This document shows positions 11,313-22,735 of a DNA stretch of 64,000 nucleotides, in pieces. How positions within the stretch are numbered: position 1 is the stretch's first letter; every line of letters begins with the position of its first letter. The notes under the pieces were generated by a model. It did not search any database, was not told where the DNA came from, and saw only the letters and a list, made by a program, of their open reading frames with translations. Where the stretch lies: NCBI GenBank assembly GCA_017499595.2, contig CM039007.1:2790001-2854000 (forward strand). Direction: 5' to 3'. Position numbers and translations under genes: made by a program. This stretch comes from Psilocybe cubensis. Its lineage: Eukaryota.

Positions 11313-11545
11313 ATGTTGAACTTACAGCGAAACTTACATAAGACATGTAAGTTTTCTGCTGTATGTTTAACTTACAGCGGTCGGCGCCCGCAGTGTGTCG
11401 AGAGCAAGTTTGAATCAATGTGGTGCTTCAGGGGTGACAGACAATGCAGAAGCCATTCATGGGAATCAATGTCATCCATTAACAGTAATTTGTAGAATAG
11501 TATTTAAACTGTGGTCGTTGAGGTCTAGGGAATTTGAACCTGTTT

Positions 11546-11623
11546 ACGCGTGGGAACTCACCAAATGTCACGGGAAGCAGCAGAGCGCGCTCTTTCTCTT
11601 CCCCCACAATTCAGGTTACGCGT
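11546..11623. promoter_or_regulatory. Two MCB-like (ACGCGT) elements upstream of the Rtt106-like gene
   Basis: ACGCGT at 11546-11551 and 11618-11623, about 185-260 bp before the ATG. Function inferred from yeast G1/S promoters. Confidence 0.35.
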
Positions 11624-11806
11624 AAACTCATAGGCAACTTGTAACCTGACGGATTATTGGCACATCTGGAGCCTTAAACTCGCACCAGCTTAGTTGTTGT
11701 GAGTGTTTCTCAAAAATCAAAGTCTAGGTGTTGTACAATATGTGCTGCATGAACAATATATTCTAATCCACTTAATATCATCTCCAGACCTTAACCCCTT
11801 TTTTGA

Positions 11807-13639
11807 ATGACCATGACGACCACGACGACCGATACACCCTCGCTCTTCCTGCGCACCCTCATACCAACGCTCCCAACTGGACTTTCGAGAAAAATCCGCA
11901 CACTGTGCACAGCATCCCCTGCGAACGAGCATTCACTCGAGAATCTCCTACGCTTTGTTCTTGGAGCCGAATGCCAATATGAGAATGAGATTTTAAGTAC
12001 GAACGGGGGCAATGAGAAGGATGGTGAGTTGAAGGATGAACAAAACGAACAGTGGAAGGAGAAACAGGGTAAGGCCAGGGAGGTGGTCGCGATGCTCATT
12101 CCCCCAGCCGTCCCCACTGTGCCGAACTCATTAACACCAATGGATATAAAGAAACGCCCCCGATCAGACAAAGAGGAGGAGGAGGAGGAGGAGACTCAGA
12201 AGAGTAAGAAACAGCGCCTATCAGGTTCTTCGCCGGTATCCACACCACTCGATCCCGGCGCTCCCATTTTCGCGCTGCATGCCCTCAGCACCACCTCCCC
12301 GCTGCGCAAGAAGCTGGATATTACAATCCATACACACGGAATTGTGCTCACTCACCCAACCACACGTGTCGTCGAAACATGTATCCCATTTACAACAGTC
12401 AAGCGGGCATTCGTGCTGCCAACGAGGGGGAAGCAGAAACCGCACTGGACGGTGGTCGTCATGGGGTGTGATGCACCGGTGGGGAAAGGAAAGGGCAAAG
12501 AGAAAGAGAAGGACTCTGACCAGCAGCTCATCTTTGGCCTCGACGCGTTGACTGCGAACGCCACTGCGTTTTCGTTCTCGACTTACTCCTCCTCCTCAAC
12601 GCCAGCAACAACTGTGCTCCCGAAATCGACCCCAACACTCCCCACACTCCTGCAGTTCCTCACGCACCTCCCTGCCCATGCGACCCTCATCCGGCCGTCC
12701 ACGGACGTATTCAAGAGCGCGTGTCCTGGAATGGGTCACGCCGCATCTACCTCTTCAGTCACTGCGGATGCAAGCATAAATGATGATGACAGCAAAACAG
12801 GCCGCGGCGCTAGAACCAAAGCCACTGATGGGGGCGCAGCAGGCGTACCAGGCATCGAAGCCCACCGTAGCGTCAAACCAGGCACGCTGTGGTTTGCGCG
12901 CGAGGGTATCTTGTGGGGCGAGAGTCGGCCGTGTGAATTTTGGGCTGTCGAGGATCTGTGTCCTATGGGTGGACCTGGTGAGGGTGTAAAAATTGTAGGT
13001 GCTGGAAGGACGTGCAGTGTCATCCTCAGCCGGTGGAGTACGAGTGGGGAAGAAGAGGAAGTGGACGAAACAGAGTTCAGTATGGTTGACGCCAAAGAGC
13101 GCGAGGGTATCAGCGCGTGGGTACGCACGCACCGGCATCTCTTTGGCGGTTCCAAGGATAACACTACTGGCGCAGATGTCAGTCCGAATGGTCAGGTCAA
13201 AAAAATTAAATCAAAGAGCGTCCCAACAGGGCCCATCACCATCAGGACGATGGACGAGGACTCTGATTCCGACGACGAGAGCTTTGCGGAGAGCGGGGCA
13301 TCGGACTTGGACGGCTCAGAGAGTGACAGCGACAGCAACTCTTCATCATCTGATGAAGACAAAGGTGAGGATGAGCAAGGGGAAGAAGAGGAGGAATCCG
13401 ACAACGAAAACAAAGGTTCAGGGGCCTCCCGCAGGGAGGAAGAGGAAGAAGATTCTGAAATTGAGGAACTTGACCCCGTACATCACCCCCTCCTTCGTCC
13501 CGGTGCGATGCCAAAAAGGATCTCTAAAGCGGCGCTGGACATGGTGGTTGGAATTGTAGAAGGTGAGTTTACTGGCCAAGGAGAAGAGGAAGATGAATTG
13601 GACGAAGACGGCGAGGAAGAAGACGAACTGAACGAGTGA
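11807..13639 (+). CDS. Histone chaperone Rtt106-like (double PH domain, acidic tail)
   Basis: Intronless 610-aa ORF with LSTTSPLRKKLDI, VPGIEAHRSVKPGTLWF..GILWGESRPCEFW, ETEFSMVD and a long acidic C-terminus. Confidence 0.75.
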   Translation: MTMTTTTTDTPSLFLRTLIPTLPTGLSRKIRTLCTASPANEHSLENLLRFVLGAECQYENEILSTNGGNEKDGELKDEQNEQWKEKQGKAREVVAMLIPPAVPTVPNSLTPMDIKKRPRSDKEEEEEEETQKSKKQRLSGSSPVSTPLDPGAPIFALHALSTTSPLRKKLDITIHTHGIVLTHPTTRVVETCIPFTTVKRAFVLPTRGKQKPHWTVVVMGCDAPVGKGKGKEKEKDSDQQLIFGLDALTANATAFSFSTYSSSSTPATTVLPKSTPTLPTLLQFLTHLPAHATLIRPSTDVFKSACPGMGHAASTSSVTADASINDDDSKTGRGARTKATDGGAAGVPGIEAHRSVKPGTLWFAREGILWGESRPCEFWAVEDLCPMGGPGEGVKIVGAGRTCSVILSRWSTSGEEEEVDETEFSMVDAKEREGISAWVRTHRHLFGGSKDNTTGADVSPNGQVKKIKSKSVPTGPITIRTMDEDSDSDDESFAESGASDLDGSESDSDSNSSSSDEDKGEDEQGEEEEESDNENKGSGASRREEEEEDSEIEELDPVHHPLLRPGAMPKRISKAALDMVVGIVEGEFTGQGEEEDELDEDGEEEDELNE

Positions 13640-13794
13640 AAGGTCTGACATTTTATTGAACTGTAATTTGTATTATACTTTTGTAGATTCAAAAGGATTT
13701 TTTAGAGATGGAGAACAAACATAAACGTAAATGTGTGTGATGACTTTAAAAATCCAATGCCTTCACGTTTTGTGGGCATAAATTTTGCTTGAGC

Positions 13795-13968
13795 TTCCAG
13801 GCATTCCCAACAAATTATAAAAGAAAACCCTGCTCAAATCTAAACAAAGTAATTTGTATCAATATCTTCGAGGAATGACAATTGCTCTGGCTAATGTGTT
13901 CGCATTTCTAGACCTTGATTTACCAAACAGATATTTTCCATCAAGTTATGACAGCACTGAAGTTGTGA
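13795..13968 (+). pseudogene. Deleted fragment of the DUF6533 gene 3' region
   Basis: Reverse-complement match, with deletions, to about 24225-24485 (e.g. TCTTCGAGGAATGACA..CTGGCTAATGTGTTCGCATTTCTA and AAGTTATGACAGCACTGAAGTTGT). Confidence 0.7.
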
Positions 13969-14046
13969 AGATCCTTCAATGAACCGTTTGCTTATTGTTT
14001 ATTGACAAAATATATGAGAAACTATATTACTGTCACGGATTCTCTC

Positions 14047-14520
14047 TTAAACTGCCTTGTTGCAACTGAATGATTCGACGTTGTTGTAAAGCGATGGGTC
14101 AGGAAGCGACATGATGGTTCCAGAGAGGGTCGTTCCAGGGCCTTCACATCCTTGGAATCTGAAAAAAGACGTCTATCCAATGTCCAGTTAAAGTGGTGAA
14201 TGTACATACTCGAAGAATGTGCAAGTGAATCCTGATGCAATCTCAACACTCTCTGCCCTGTCAAGCCAGTCGCCTGGCAGTGTGCTGCAGACAGACTGAA
14301 CGAGGCCGTCGGGGGAGTATGCTGAGCCTCTCAGATTGGTGTCATCAAAAAATACCACAGACAACGCTGCGAGGTCGTTCTAACAGAACGGTGGTTAGTG
14401 CAAACCCTTTGATATATCGCAGTAGTATCAACTTACACGAGCAATGACGCTCGAGCGTGCAACAGCGGCCGTAGACGCGATGGCCACAAGGAAGCTGGTG
14501 AATTTGGTGGTGAACTGCAT
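14047..14520 (-). CDS. Small secreted beta/gamma-crystallin-like protein, copy 1 (121 aa, 4 Cys, 3 exons)
   Basis: Signal-peptide-like MQFTTKFTSFLVAIASTAAVA. Two Greek-key-like repeats: FFDDTNLRG..WLDRAESV and FFEFQGCEG..LYNNVESFSC. Confidence 0.75.
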
Positions 14521-15494
14521 GTCGAGTTGGCTGAGTCGTTGACTTGCTGAACCAGTAAAGAGACGAAACACCCTTCTTATACTTTTCAATTAGCACAAAA
14601 ATTCAGTAGTAGACGTGAGGTCAGCATGCACAAGGTACACTCGGGAGAAGAGACTGAGCGTACTTTGCAATGTAATTCAAAGGATGAATAATGGCGAATC
14701 CATGGACGCCTGTTAGAACTTGCAACTCTCAGTAATGGTCCCTGTAGCACACAATGCTCGAGCTAAGTATGTAAACAATTTTAAACAATTTAATCAGATT
14801 CTGAGGCAAATGAGTGAAGAAGCAGTGGTACGGATAAAAGCGTCAGTGAATATAACAGTTTTATCTTTTCTTGTTGATCGACAACTCAAGGGAATCTCCT
14901 ATTTCCTATCTGCTGAGTTTTATTATGACACATTGAATAGGCCAAATTGTACTTTATATAATTTTGGACGTGCTATTTTCAAACGATTGAGCATAAAGCG
15001 AGAGCGCAGAGTCAATAAGCATCAGTCGAGTTCTTCTCCCGATACATATGTCTTCTACCCGAAGCTATATAATTCCTCCGAATCCCTGACACAGCGGAGA
15101 TCAGATGGCTGGTTCATGTTCAGAGTCATCTGCTTTGTAATTTGAATGGAAAATCAATGATTGTGTTTGAAAATGGCCCTATTCAATGACTGTAGTTGTT
15201 ACTGTAACAATTCGACGAATTACCATGCCATGGATGCTATTGTCGGCCTGACATAACATTTTAAACAGGAGTCCATGTCGCTTGTCTAAACATAGTCCAT
15301 TCGGAAGAGACAGACGCTCATTTTGATTACACCCGAATATCCTGGTACCATCTCCAGACACTTGTGAGCTGGAGGGGTCTGCTGGAATCATCACGAACTC
15401 ACCAGCTGCTTGAAGTTTGTCTAAATCTTGCGAGCCGCCTACTACAATGTCAATATTTTTTACAATTAAAATCTGCTCCTGGTCATCACGAGAA

Positions 15495-16722
15495 TGACCT
15501 GCAGCGACACAAGCCTCTAGCTCTAGTGGTCAAGCTTTCGAATAACTTATTCAGAAGGTAGAATCAATTTTAACGACTTATTTATTGACGATACAGATCC
15601 CACAGCTAACCATTACATGTTCACGTCACAGTGGAAAGCAACATCAGATAGCCTTGTTGCAGCTGAACGATTCAATATTATCATACAACTCTGGGTCCGG
15701 GAGCGTCTCTACGATTCCAGACAGCGTGATCCCAGTGCCATCGCATCCTTGGAATCTAAAACATTGTTCAACCATGGGTATAATTAAGAGATATGTCTCT
15801 ACATGAGATTACGCACTGGAAGAAGGTGCAACTGAATCCAGTGGCGATATCCACGCTCTCGGCTCTGTCGAGCCAATCGGGTGGCAGCGTGGTGCATACA
15901 GATTGGAGGAGGCCGTCGGGGGCGTAGGCAGAGCCTGTCAGGCCAACATCGTCGAAGAAGATAATGGACAGTGCGGCGAGTTCATTCTGCATATCCACAG
16001 TTAGTACAATTTATACACGCAATTACGACGTTGGACCTTACACGGGCGATGACGCTTCCGTGGGTGGCGATTACAGCCGAGGCAATGGCGACGAGGAGGG
16101 TGGACAGTTTGGTGGTGAATTGCATTGCGCTGTAGCTTGCTAACTTGTTGGTTTGACTTGCTGAGGAGGTATCTGCGCAGATGCACCCTCTTTATACCAC
16201 TTCATGAATGGACTAGTTTCATAAAGATAATAGAGAATCTGACAGTGCATGAGGCTCATCAAGTAGAGAATCTTACAAAGGTCAGCAATACGGTAGGCCG
16301 AGTGAGCCACGGAGAAACTATGAAGGTTATGATCCTGATTCAAAACATGGATTTGAGCAAGAAGGTGCTCCAATTTAATTGCATACAATAGTAAAGAACG
16401 TAATTGTTCACAAAGTATACATCCTAGGAACAATGGATAAGCAAACATGTTTTGGATGCAGGCTGTAAAAAAGAAAATATCACAGCTTCTGTTCTTCGTA
16501 CTATTCGTCCCATTTTGTGAAGCTTGTTGGTGGTCCATAATCGTGAATAACGCGTTTGAAATTGGATCAGAATATCAAGAGCTTATTTTGAGGTGCTACA
16601 CGAGCTGAAGACGAGCCATGAGTGCGCAAACCTCGTCCACTAAAATAGGCTGTGATGTTAGGTGATGTTGTCAAGCATCAGTCGATCATGAAACGACCAC
16701 TTCTTCTCCCGATACATATGTC
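15495..16722. repeat. Segmental duplicate, direct repeat of about 57973-59224
   Basis: High identity over more than 1.1 kb (offset about 42.5 kb), including gene and promoter. Confidence 0.9.
15644..16125 (-). CDS. Small secreted beta/gamma-crystallin-like protein, copy 2
   Basis: MQFTTKLSTLLVAIASAVIATHGSVIAR / NELAALSIIFFDDVGLTG..WLDRAESVDIATGFSCTFFQ / FQGCDGTG..LYDNIESFSCNKAI*. Confidence 0.75.
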
Positions 16723-16838
16723 TGGATGCAAGCTTTAAAAAAGGAAATATCACAGCTTCTGTTCTTCGTACTATTCGTTCCATTTTGTGAAGTTTGTTGG
16801 TGGTCCATAATCGTAAATAACCCGTTTAAATTTGCATC
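16453..16838. repeat. Local direct repeat of about 115 bp (16453-16568 and 16723-16838)
   Basis: TGGATGCA..GAAATATCACAGCTTCTGTTCTTCGTACTATTCGT..TGGTCCATAATCGT occurs twice. Confidence 0.85.
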
Positions 16839-17008
16839 GTATGAGGGCGCAAAGCTTTGTGGACTAAGACGGGCTATGATGTTAGCCGTCTGTATTGGGT
16901 TTCTCTTTTTTTCGGCCGAGTGGTTGTTCTCCCGAAGTGTCATGGTGCAGAGATCAGGATCAAGAGGCTTGCTAAGGAGCATTGTTTATCTGGCGCCTCC
17001 GCTCGTTC

Positions 17009-18345
17009 TCACTGACCCCCACTTGTATCCACCCTGGTACCATACCTAGAGTCATATTCACTCACAGCATGCACAACCTCATCTGCCGTCGGTTTTCGCG
17101 CCATCACATGCACCCTGAGACCAAGCGTGTCCCTCAAAAAGTCGTGGGTCGTTGGGCCTATCGCGGCGACTTTGGCTTTGAGTTTGGGTTTGATAAGTTG
17201 GTGGACTGAGGGGGATGCTTCATCTTGTTTTGGATTTAAGATTGCAGAAGAAGACGATGAGGAAGAAGAGGACGACGCGTCGAAGAAGAAATGTTGCTGC
17301 AGAATGGGTGTCGCATGTGCTGCTGCCGACGGCGCGAAATATACAACCCACCAGGTGTCAGTGTCAATGTTGGCGACCCCAGCATTCCATTCCCTAAGAA
17401 CGCCCTCCAATGCATTTGCAAATCCGTCTGCACCCTCCGTCCGATACACTTGCACTTCCTCTATCCTTACCTTACCTTTTCCTTCACTTTCAGCATCACC
17501 GGCCTCCAAAATGCGCACGAGCGTATCCCGGTTTTTGTCCCCTGTGAGATACAATAGCTTCCCGCGCGGGCGATGTGGTGTATCTGCCAGGATGAACGGT
17601 GCGAGCACAGCAGCGGAACCAGAGGATGCGCCACGGATGTCTGGGATAAGGGCGGGGGTAGATGAGCCAGATGAAGATGAAGGGTGGATAGATGCATCGC
17701 CGAGCACGTCCGCGTAGTCCCTGAACACCTCACGCAGCGCGTCGGCCGTTGCCTCGCCAACGACGTAGAACGGCACACGCGCCCATCCCGCGTTCGTTGG
17801 TGCTGGTGCTGATCGTCCTGGGATCCATATGCATATGCAATGAACAACGCAACAGAAAAAAAAACTCTTGAGAAATTGCACACCGCAGGCGGAGAAGAGA
17901 GAAAGAGGGTATAGGTGTAGAGGGGGGGAGCGTACTGACCTCGTTCGTTTTCCCTCTCAGCGCGCAACACGGCCACCGCGTCTGTCCACGCTTCACACGA
18001 CCGCCGACTTGTCACTATCACCCCACCATATCCATCCTCCGCCGCCCCTTCTACTTCTCGAGCATCATCTGTTCTATATCCTCTTGGTCCCGCACGCACG
18101 ATACTTATCAACCTTTGCACACTCTCCTGCGGCGCGCTCGCGGTGCGCAATACGCCCAGGGAGTGCGGCGTGTATCCCGCGTTTGTAAACGCTGTTTCGT
18201 ATTTATCTGTGCGAGAAAGTAGTTTTTGAGTGGATGCAGGTGAAGAGGTGGATATAGATTTCGAGGGTGTGGGATCGCGTAGGAGGAGTACGGGCCCGCC
18301 GGTATTGGGCCTCTGAATGTGTGACGTGCTCATGTGTTCGCTCAT
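17009..18345 (-). CDS. HEM4: Uroporphyrinogen-III synthase
   Basis: VLLLRDP, YGGVIVTSRRSCEAW, PFYVVGEATA, LLYLTGDKNRDTL, VYFAPSAA, AAIGPTT; one intron about 17820-17938. Start could be 18333. Confidence 0.88.
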
Positions 18346-18955
18346 TAAGTATCGAGAGAGTGGGTGCAAGCGTTACGTCGTCTGTAAGAGTGTTTAAGAT
18401 TCGAAATTCAAGAAATAGGATGCCGGAAATGTGTGAGGAGAATGGGTGGTGGGTGGCGAGAGCCAAGCGATAAGATTACGATTGTGATCATTGTAGATCT
18501 CCCGCCCGCCGGCATGGGACATATCTGATTGGCTGGGACAAGCCGCCGACATTGATGCACCAAAAAGTCAGAAACTATCAAACTCAGAGGTTGCAGCCGT
18601 ACTACGCACTTTCGCCACCATGATTGAAGAGCAGGGCATTATTAGGGTACAATGATGAGATAAGTGAGCATTGATTCTGGATTTGAGCACGGAAAAGAAA
18701 GGGTTTTAGACCACGTCCTGCTGGTCTTAGGTCAACATTTGAATCACATCGCCTCAACTTCTGTGTATACGAATAGGAGTAGTATTAGCAATCTTAGATC
18801 GACGTGAGATAAAGCTGGAAGCAACACTGAGTATTGTACAATGCATGGCTTTTCTTCCTAGGCGCAACATCGACAGCTGTGCAACAACTTGTCCGTGAAT
18901 CTGCATCCTGACTTCGAACTTATCGTGGTTGTCATCTACTATCCAGTCTCTACGT

Positions 18956-21168
18956 CTACGGCTCCCGTCCTCCGATAATTTTGATAATGTTCTCGTAGAC
19001 CGTGAACACGATCCCACCACTCAGCTGTCAACAGTGAATCAGTCAAACAATCCACAATATAATTGGTCATGAAGGATCACAAAAAAGGGAAGACAGGAGA
19101 AAAATAGGGAGTTAAGTGAAGCACAAAAAGAAGGTTATAATTGAAGGGACAAAGAAAAGTTAAAAGCAAAGCCAATAGTAAGATCAGAGGAAGTTGTGAT
19201 TAAAAAAATGAAAATAAGAAGGGCACATACCACCAGCCTTGTCAACCGCGGCGTGGTGCCGGTCCAAAATCGCAACAGGCCCTCCTCGGTGAATATCCGG
19301 TACGCGCAGTGGAACGAGTTGCGGTACTGTGAGCGAGCCTCGAGAGACTGCATTCGTGTCTTCACCACACTACACATCCACAACAGAAATTAGCGATCAG
19401 CAAACAGCAAAGGGCAACGGGGACACGGTTTTTTTGTTTTAAGAAAAATACGCACTCAAGCGGCATAGTAGTATACACCGTCACTAGCCCCGCGATACCT
19501 CCAATCCCAAAAGTGATCGCACTCGGCAGCGGCTGTCCAGGGCGCGCTGGCACTGTGCCCTGCACGAACTGCTTCAATGTGGAGTACGTCGTAAACCGGA
19601 CAGCCGAGTTCGCCCCTTGCCGCATCATCTGTGTGGAGTGAATGATAGGTTAGATGAGTGAATTACAAGGGTGTGGGGGTGTTGGGTAGATAAAACATCG
19701 AGCAAGGTAAATTGTAGACACGCACAACTGGGAATAGCCCTCTGTATATCCCAGAGATCCCTTCCTGACGCACGATGGATACCGTACCGTGTACCAGGCC
19801 GCGGTACTGTGGATTCGGTCGCTTCGCGTCGTCGATGAGCTTCGTTCTGTTGAATTCATGGAAAAGGTAGGTAGATTTTGAATGAGATGTCAGAGATTGT
19901 TTATATGGCGACGGTGAGTGGGAAAGGAAAGATTCAAAATATGAGAATGAAGTGGGGGGGGGGAGACAAACGACGCACTTTATCGTCTCGGACGGCGTCA
20001 CCGCAAATATAGCCTCCATCATACCTGCTCCCAACCCAGCAACAAGACTCCTCGGCGCACTCACCTTGCCCTAACAATTGCACAACCGAGACCAAAAGCG
20101 TGACAGTCAGCGAACGCTTCAATCCACGCGCGAACTATTCGCAACCAACGAACACACCTCGGAATCAGCGAGCATCCCTTTGAAGTGGTCGTAGCTCACG
20201 AAGCGCACGCCGGCCTTGACAGAGTTGCCCACCACGAGCGCCGTGCACCCCGAGTAGAGCCCTGTTACACCCTTTGTCCGAATGGTCTCTTTGATGATAG
20301 CAATTGGGGATTCGCGCTGTAATAAGTGCAACGAACTGGTTAGTTCGAAAATCTTGGGTGTTATAGCAATGAAATCATAGATGGGAATGTTCAGGGTGTG
20401 ATCAGGGGTTCCTGGACCGCTCTGCAGGCAGTGGGACAGCAAACCAGCAACAGCATTTTGATAGCCTCCCCATCGTGCGGGTTCCGTCAGTTCGACTCCA
20501 ACTAATACCACATTCCATCGCCTTCACCCTATCTGTCTCGCAAAACACAGGCGCCGTCCAACCAATGCTATATGCGCTTGTCCCGCTGCTCCCGGACACC
20601 ACACGCAAAACAAACGAAAAAGGAGAGATTGAGAGATTGAGGTTCGATAATTGGATTGCCGGTCGGTTGGGTGGGGCTGCACGCGAGCGATACAATCGCA
20701 ATCTCCTCTCGTTATTCCGGGTCTCAACTTGCATGTCACCTGTTGTCACCACCCCAGAGCCTCAGGGAGTCATACAGGCATTGTTCTCCCACCGCGCACA
20801 TGTTGTAACCAATTCTGTTCGAGATGCACCCATACACCACAAGACAAGGACGAAAAAAGGAACGAAAATGAAAAAAAACCAAAAACGAACCTTGCCCCCA
20901 AACTGCGACCGCGTTTTGACAAACTCTGTCGGATACGTCACGAACCTGTATCACGTCAACGCGCACCGCACATACTGGTATTCGTTGAGCCTGAACACGA
21001 ACGCGACCCGCGGAAAGAGGTACTTACGCTTCGATCGCGCCTGCTGTTGCACCTGCAAATCTGTAATATTTGAGTTTGACACAAATATCGCGTTTAGTCT
21101 AAGGTTTGCGCAATTTATAAAAACACGTACAATGCATGGCTGGGCTTTTCTTTTTTCTGCGGCGCCAT
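18956..21168 (-). CDS. CTP1: Mitochondrial citrate/tricarboxylate carrier
   Basis: Mitochondrial carrier repeats: GNSVKAGVRFVSYD, FAVTPSETIKTKLIDD, MRQGANSAVRFTTY, TMPLDVVKTRMQ, FWTGTTPRL; many short exons. Confidence 0.88.
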
Positions 21169-21579
21169 GAAGTTGGCTAAGGGAAGATGATCAAAATGGT
21201 GGAAGGGGAAGGAGGTGAATGAGTCCTTCGGAGTTTGTCGGCCATTTTTCTGCTAACGGCAATGACAAATATTAACAAATACATATTGCCAAACAGTGAG
21301 TTTAACTTCAAAACCAAACTATTTCAAATCGGTTCTACTTTTCAAGAGACGATGCTTACAACCTCGAGAACTATCGGTTGATAACGTTGGAAGTTATGCA
21401 CTTAAAAACTCCAAAGAATGCCCCGTGATGGCGGGGAGCAGAATTAAATAGTATTAATAGAAATTCAGTCGAAGAAATGATTCCCGGAGCTTACTACGAA
21501 AAACATCAAAGAAAGAATTGAGAAAGAAAACTGGATTGCTCATAATGCCATCGTTAAATACCACAAATCTACAGGCGCA

Positions 21580-21632
21580 TCGGCTGCCAAGACAATCAGG
21601 CCTGGGCGCTGAGCGCCTGTCTCTTCTTAGTG
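21580..21632 (+). pseudogene. Short remnant similar to the 3' end of the Cys-rich secreted protein gene at 60481-60893
   Basis: GCCAAGACAATCAGG..GAGCGCCTGTCTCTT, shared in reverse complement with 59480-59530 and 60484-60530. Confidence 0.4.
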
Positions 21633-21680
21633 GACTATTTTTATAGCGCGGCATGAGGCAAACGATTTTATCGACAGTCA

Positions 21681-22735
21681 CACGGCGGGATATTCAGAAA
21701 ATAGAAATTCCACAAAGTAGGTAATCAAATGTTACAACATACTTGAAATATATTGGTCCATCCGTCTTTCACATTCATTTGAAACATAATGCTGCCAAAT
21801 ATACTAAGTTTCTTACCACATACAAAGGTGCTTTATATTTCAAATTGAAAGGAACATCATATCAGTAAACACTGCGGGCGCCGACTGCTGTAGGTTAAAC
21901 ATACAGCAGTAAACTTACATGTCTTATGTAAGTTTAGGTGTATGTTCAACTTACAGCATATGTGTCGGGAAAACAAAAATTTAACAAAGACATATTGTGT
22001 TTGGTGGGCATACAGCCACCAAACACAATTGCTGTAAGTAGCCTGTAAATAGAATAAACACCTAAATTACACAAATTGTGTTTGTCCGGTGTTAGTAAAC
22101 CATACACATTTTCTGTAAGTAATACAAACAGCACTTACTGTAAGTAAAAATTACACACAAAGAAAACAATTTGTGTATGTTATACTTACACAAGTTTTTC
22201 AATTCATTTAATGGTGCAAGTCTGACATACACAAATAGTGTTCTTTGTGTGTAAATTTTACTTACAGAAAGTGCTGTTTGTGTCATTTACAGAAAATGTG
22301 TATGTTTTACTAACACCGGACAAACACAATTTGTGTAATTTAGGTGTTTATTCTATTTACAGTCTACTTACAGCAATTGTGTTTGGTCGGCATACAGCCA
22401 CCAAACACAATATGTCTGTCGAGTGTTTGTTTTTCATACACGTGTGCTGTATGTTGAACTTACAGCGAAACTTACATAAGACATGTAAGTTTTCTGCTGT
22501 ATGTTTAACTTACAGCGGTCGGCGCCCGCAGTGAAAATGGCAGGTATTTACTGATATGAGGTTCCTTTCGATTCAAAATATAAAGCACCTTTGTATGTGG
22601 TAAAAAACTTGATATATTTGATAGCATTTTATTCCAAATGAATGTGAACACGGACGGCCCCAATATATTTCCTGTATGTTGCAACGTTTGATTACCTACT
22701 TCGTGGGAACTCTATTTTCTGAATATCCCGACGTG
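21681..22735. mobile_element. CAC..GTG-terminated palindromic MITE (about 190-bp diverged arms) with 3-bp TSD TCA; hosts the 664-bp MITE at its centre
   Basis: 21681-21869 is an imperfect reverse complement of 22547-22735. TCA at 21678-21680 and 22736-22738. Confidence 0.8.
21870..22533. mobile_element. 664-bp CACTG MITE, copy 1, TSD AAA
   Basis: CACTGCGGGCGCCGAC termini, about 300-bp imperfect TIRs rich in ACTTACA/TGTAAG motifs. AAA at 21867-21869 and 22534-22536. Confidence 0.92.

Larger units (their letters stand above)
1..11395. mobile_element. Right part of a large CACTG-terminated (CACTA/CMC-like) DNA transposon with cargo genes; left end outside window
   Basis: 10537-10585, 10797-10856 and 11313-11395 match in order the right arm of the 664-bp MITE (22275-22533) and end in ...GGCGCCCGCAGTG. 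No matching left TIR is present in 1-10500. Interior holds atypical genes and repeats, and conserved host genes resume at 11807. Left extent is inferred. Confidence 0.6.
13795..15130. repeat. Segmental duplicate, inverted relative to about 22880-24485
   Basis: 13975-14720 nearly identical to the reverse complement of about 23250-23995; flanks are more diverged and gapped. Confidence 0.85.

Noticed and set aside
10240-11395. CRISPR-like repeat array
   Set aside because: Eukaryotic context, no unique spacers of regular length; explained by tandem repeats and nested TIRs.
20475-21170. 231-aa plus-strand ORF
   Set aside because: Antisense to CTP1 exons and introns, with no recognisable domain.
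21946-22534. ORFs within the 664-bp MITEs (also 56338-56929 and 10108-11495)
   Set aside because: By-products of repetitive TIR sequence; no recognisable protein features.
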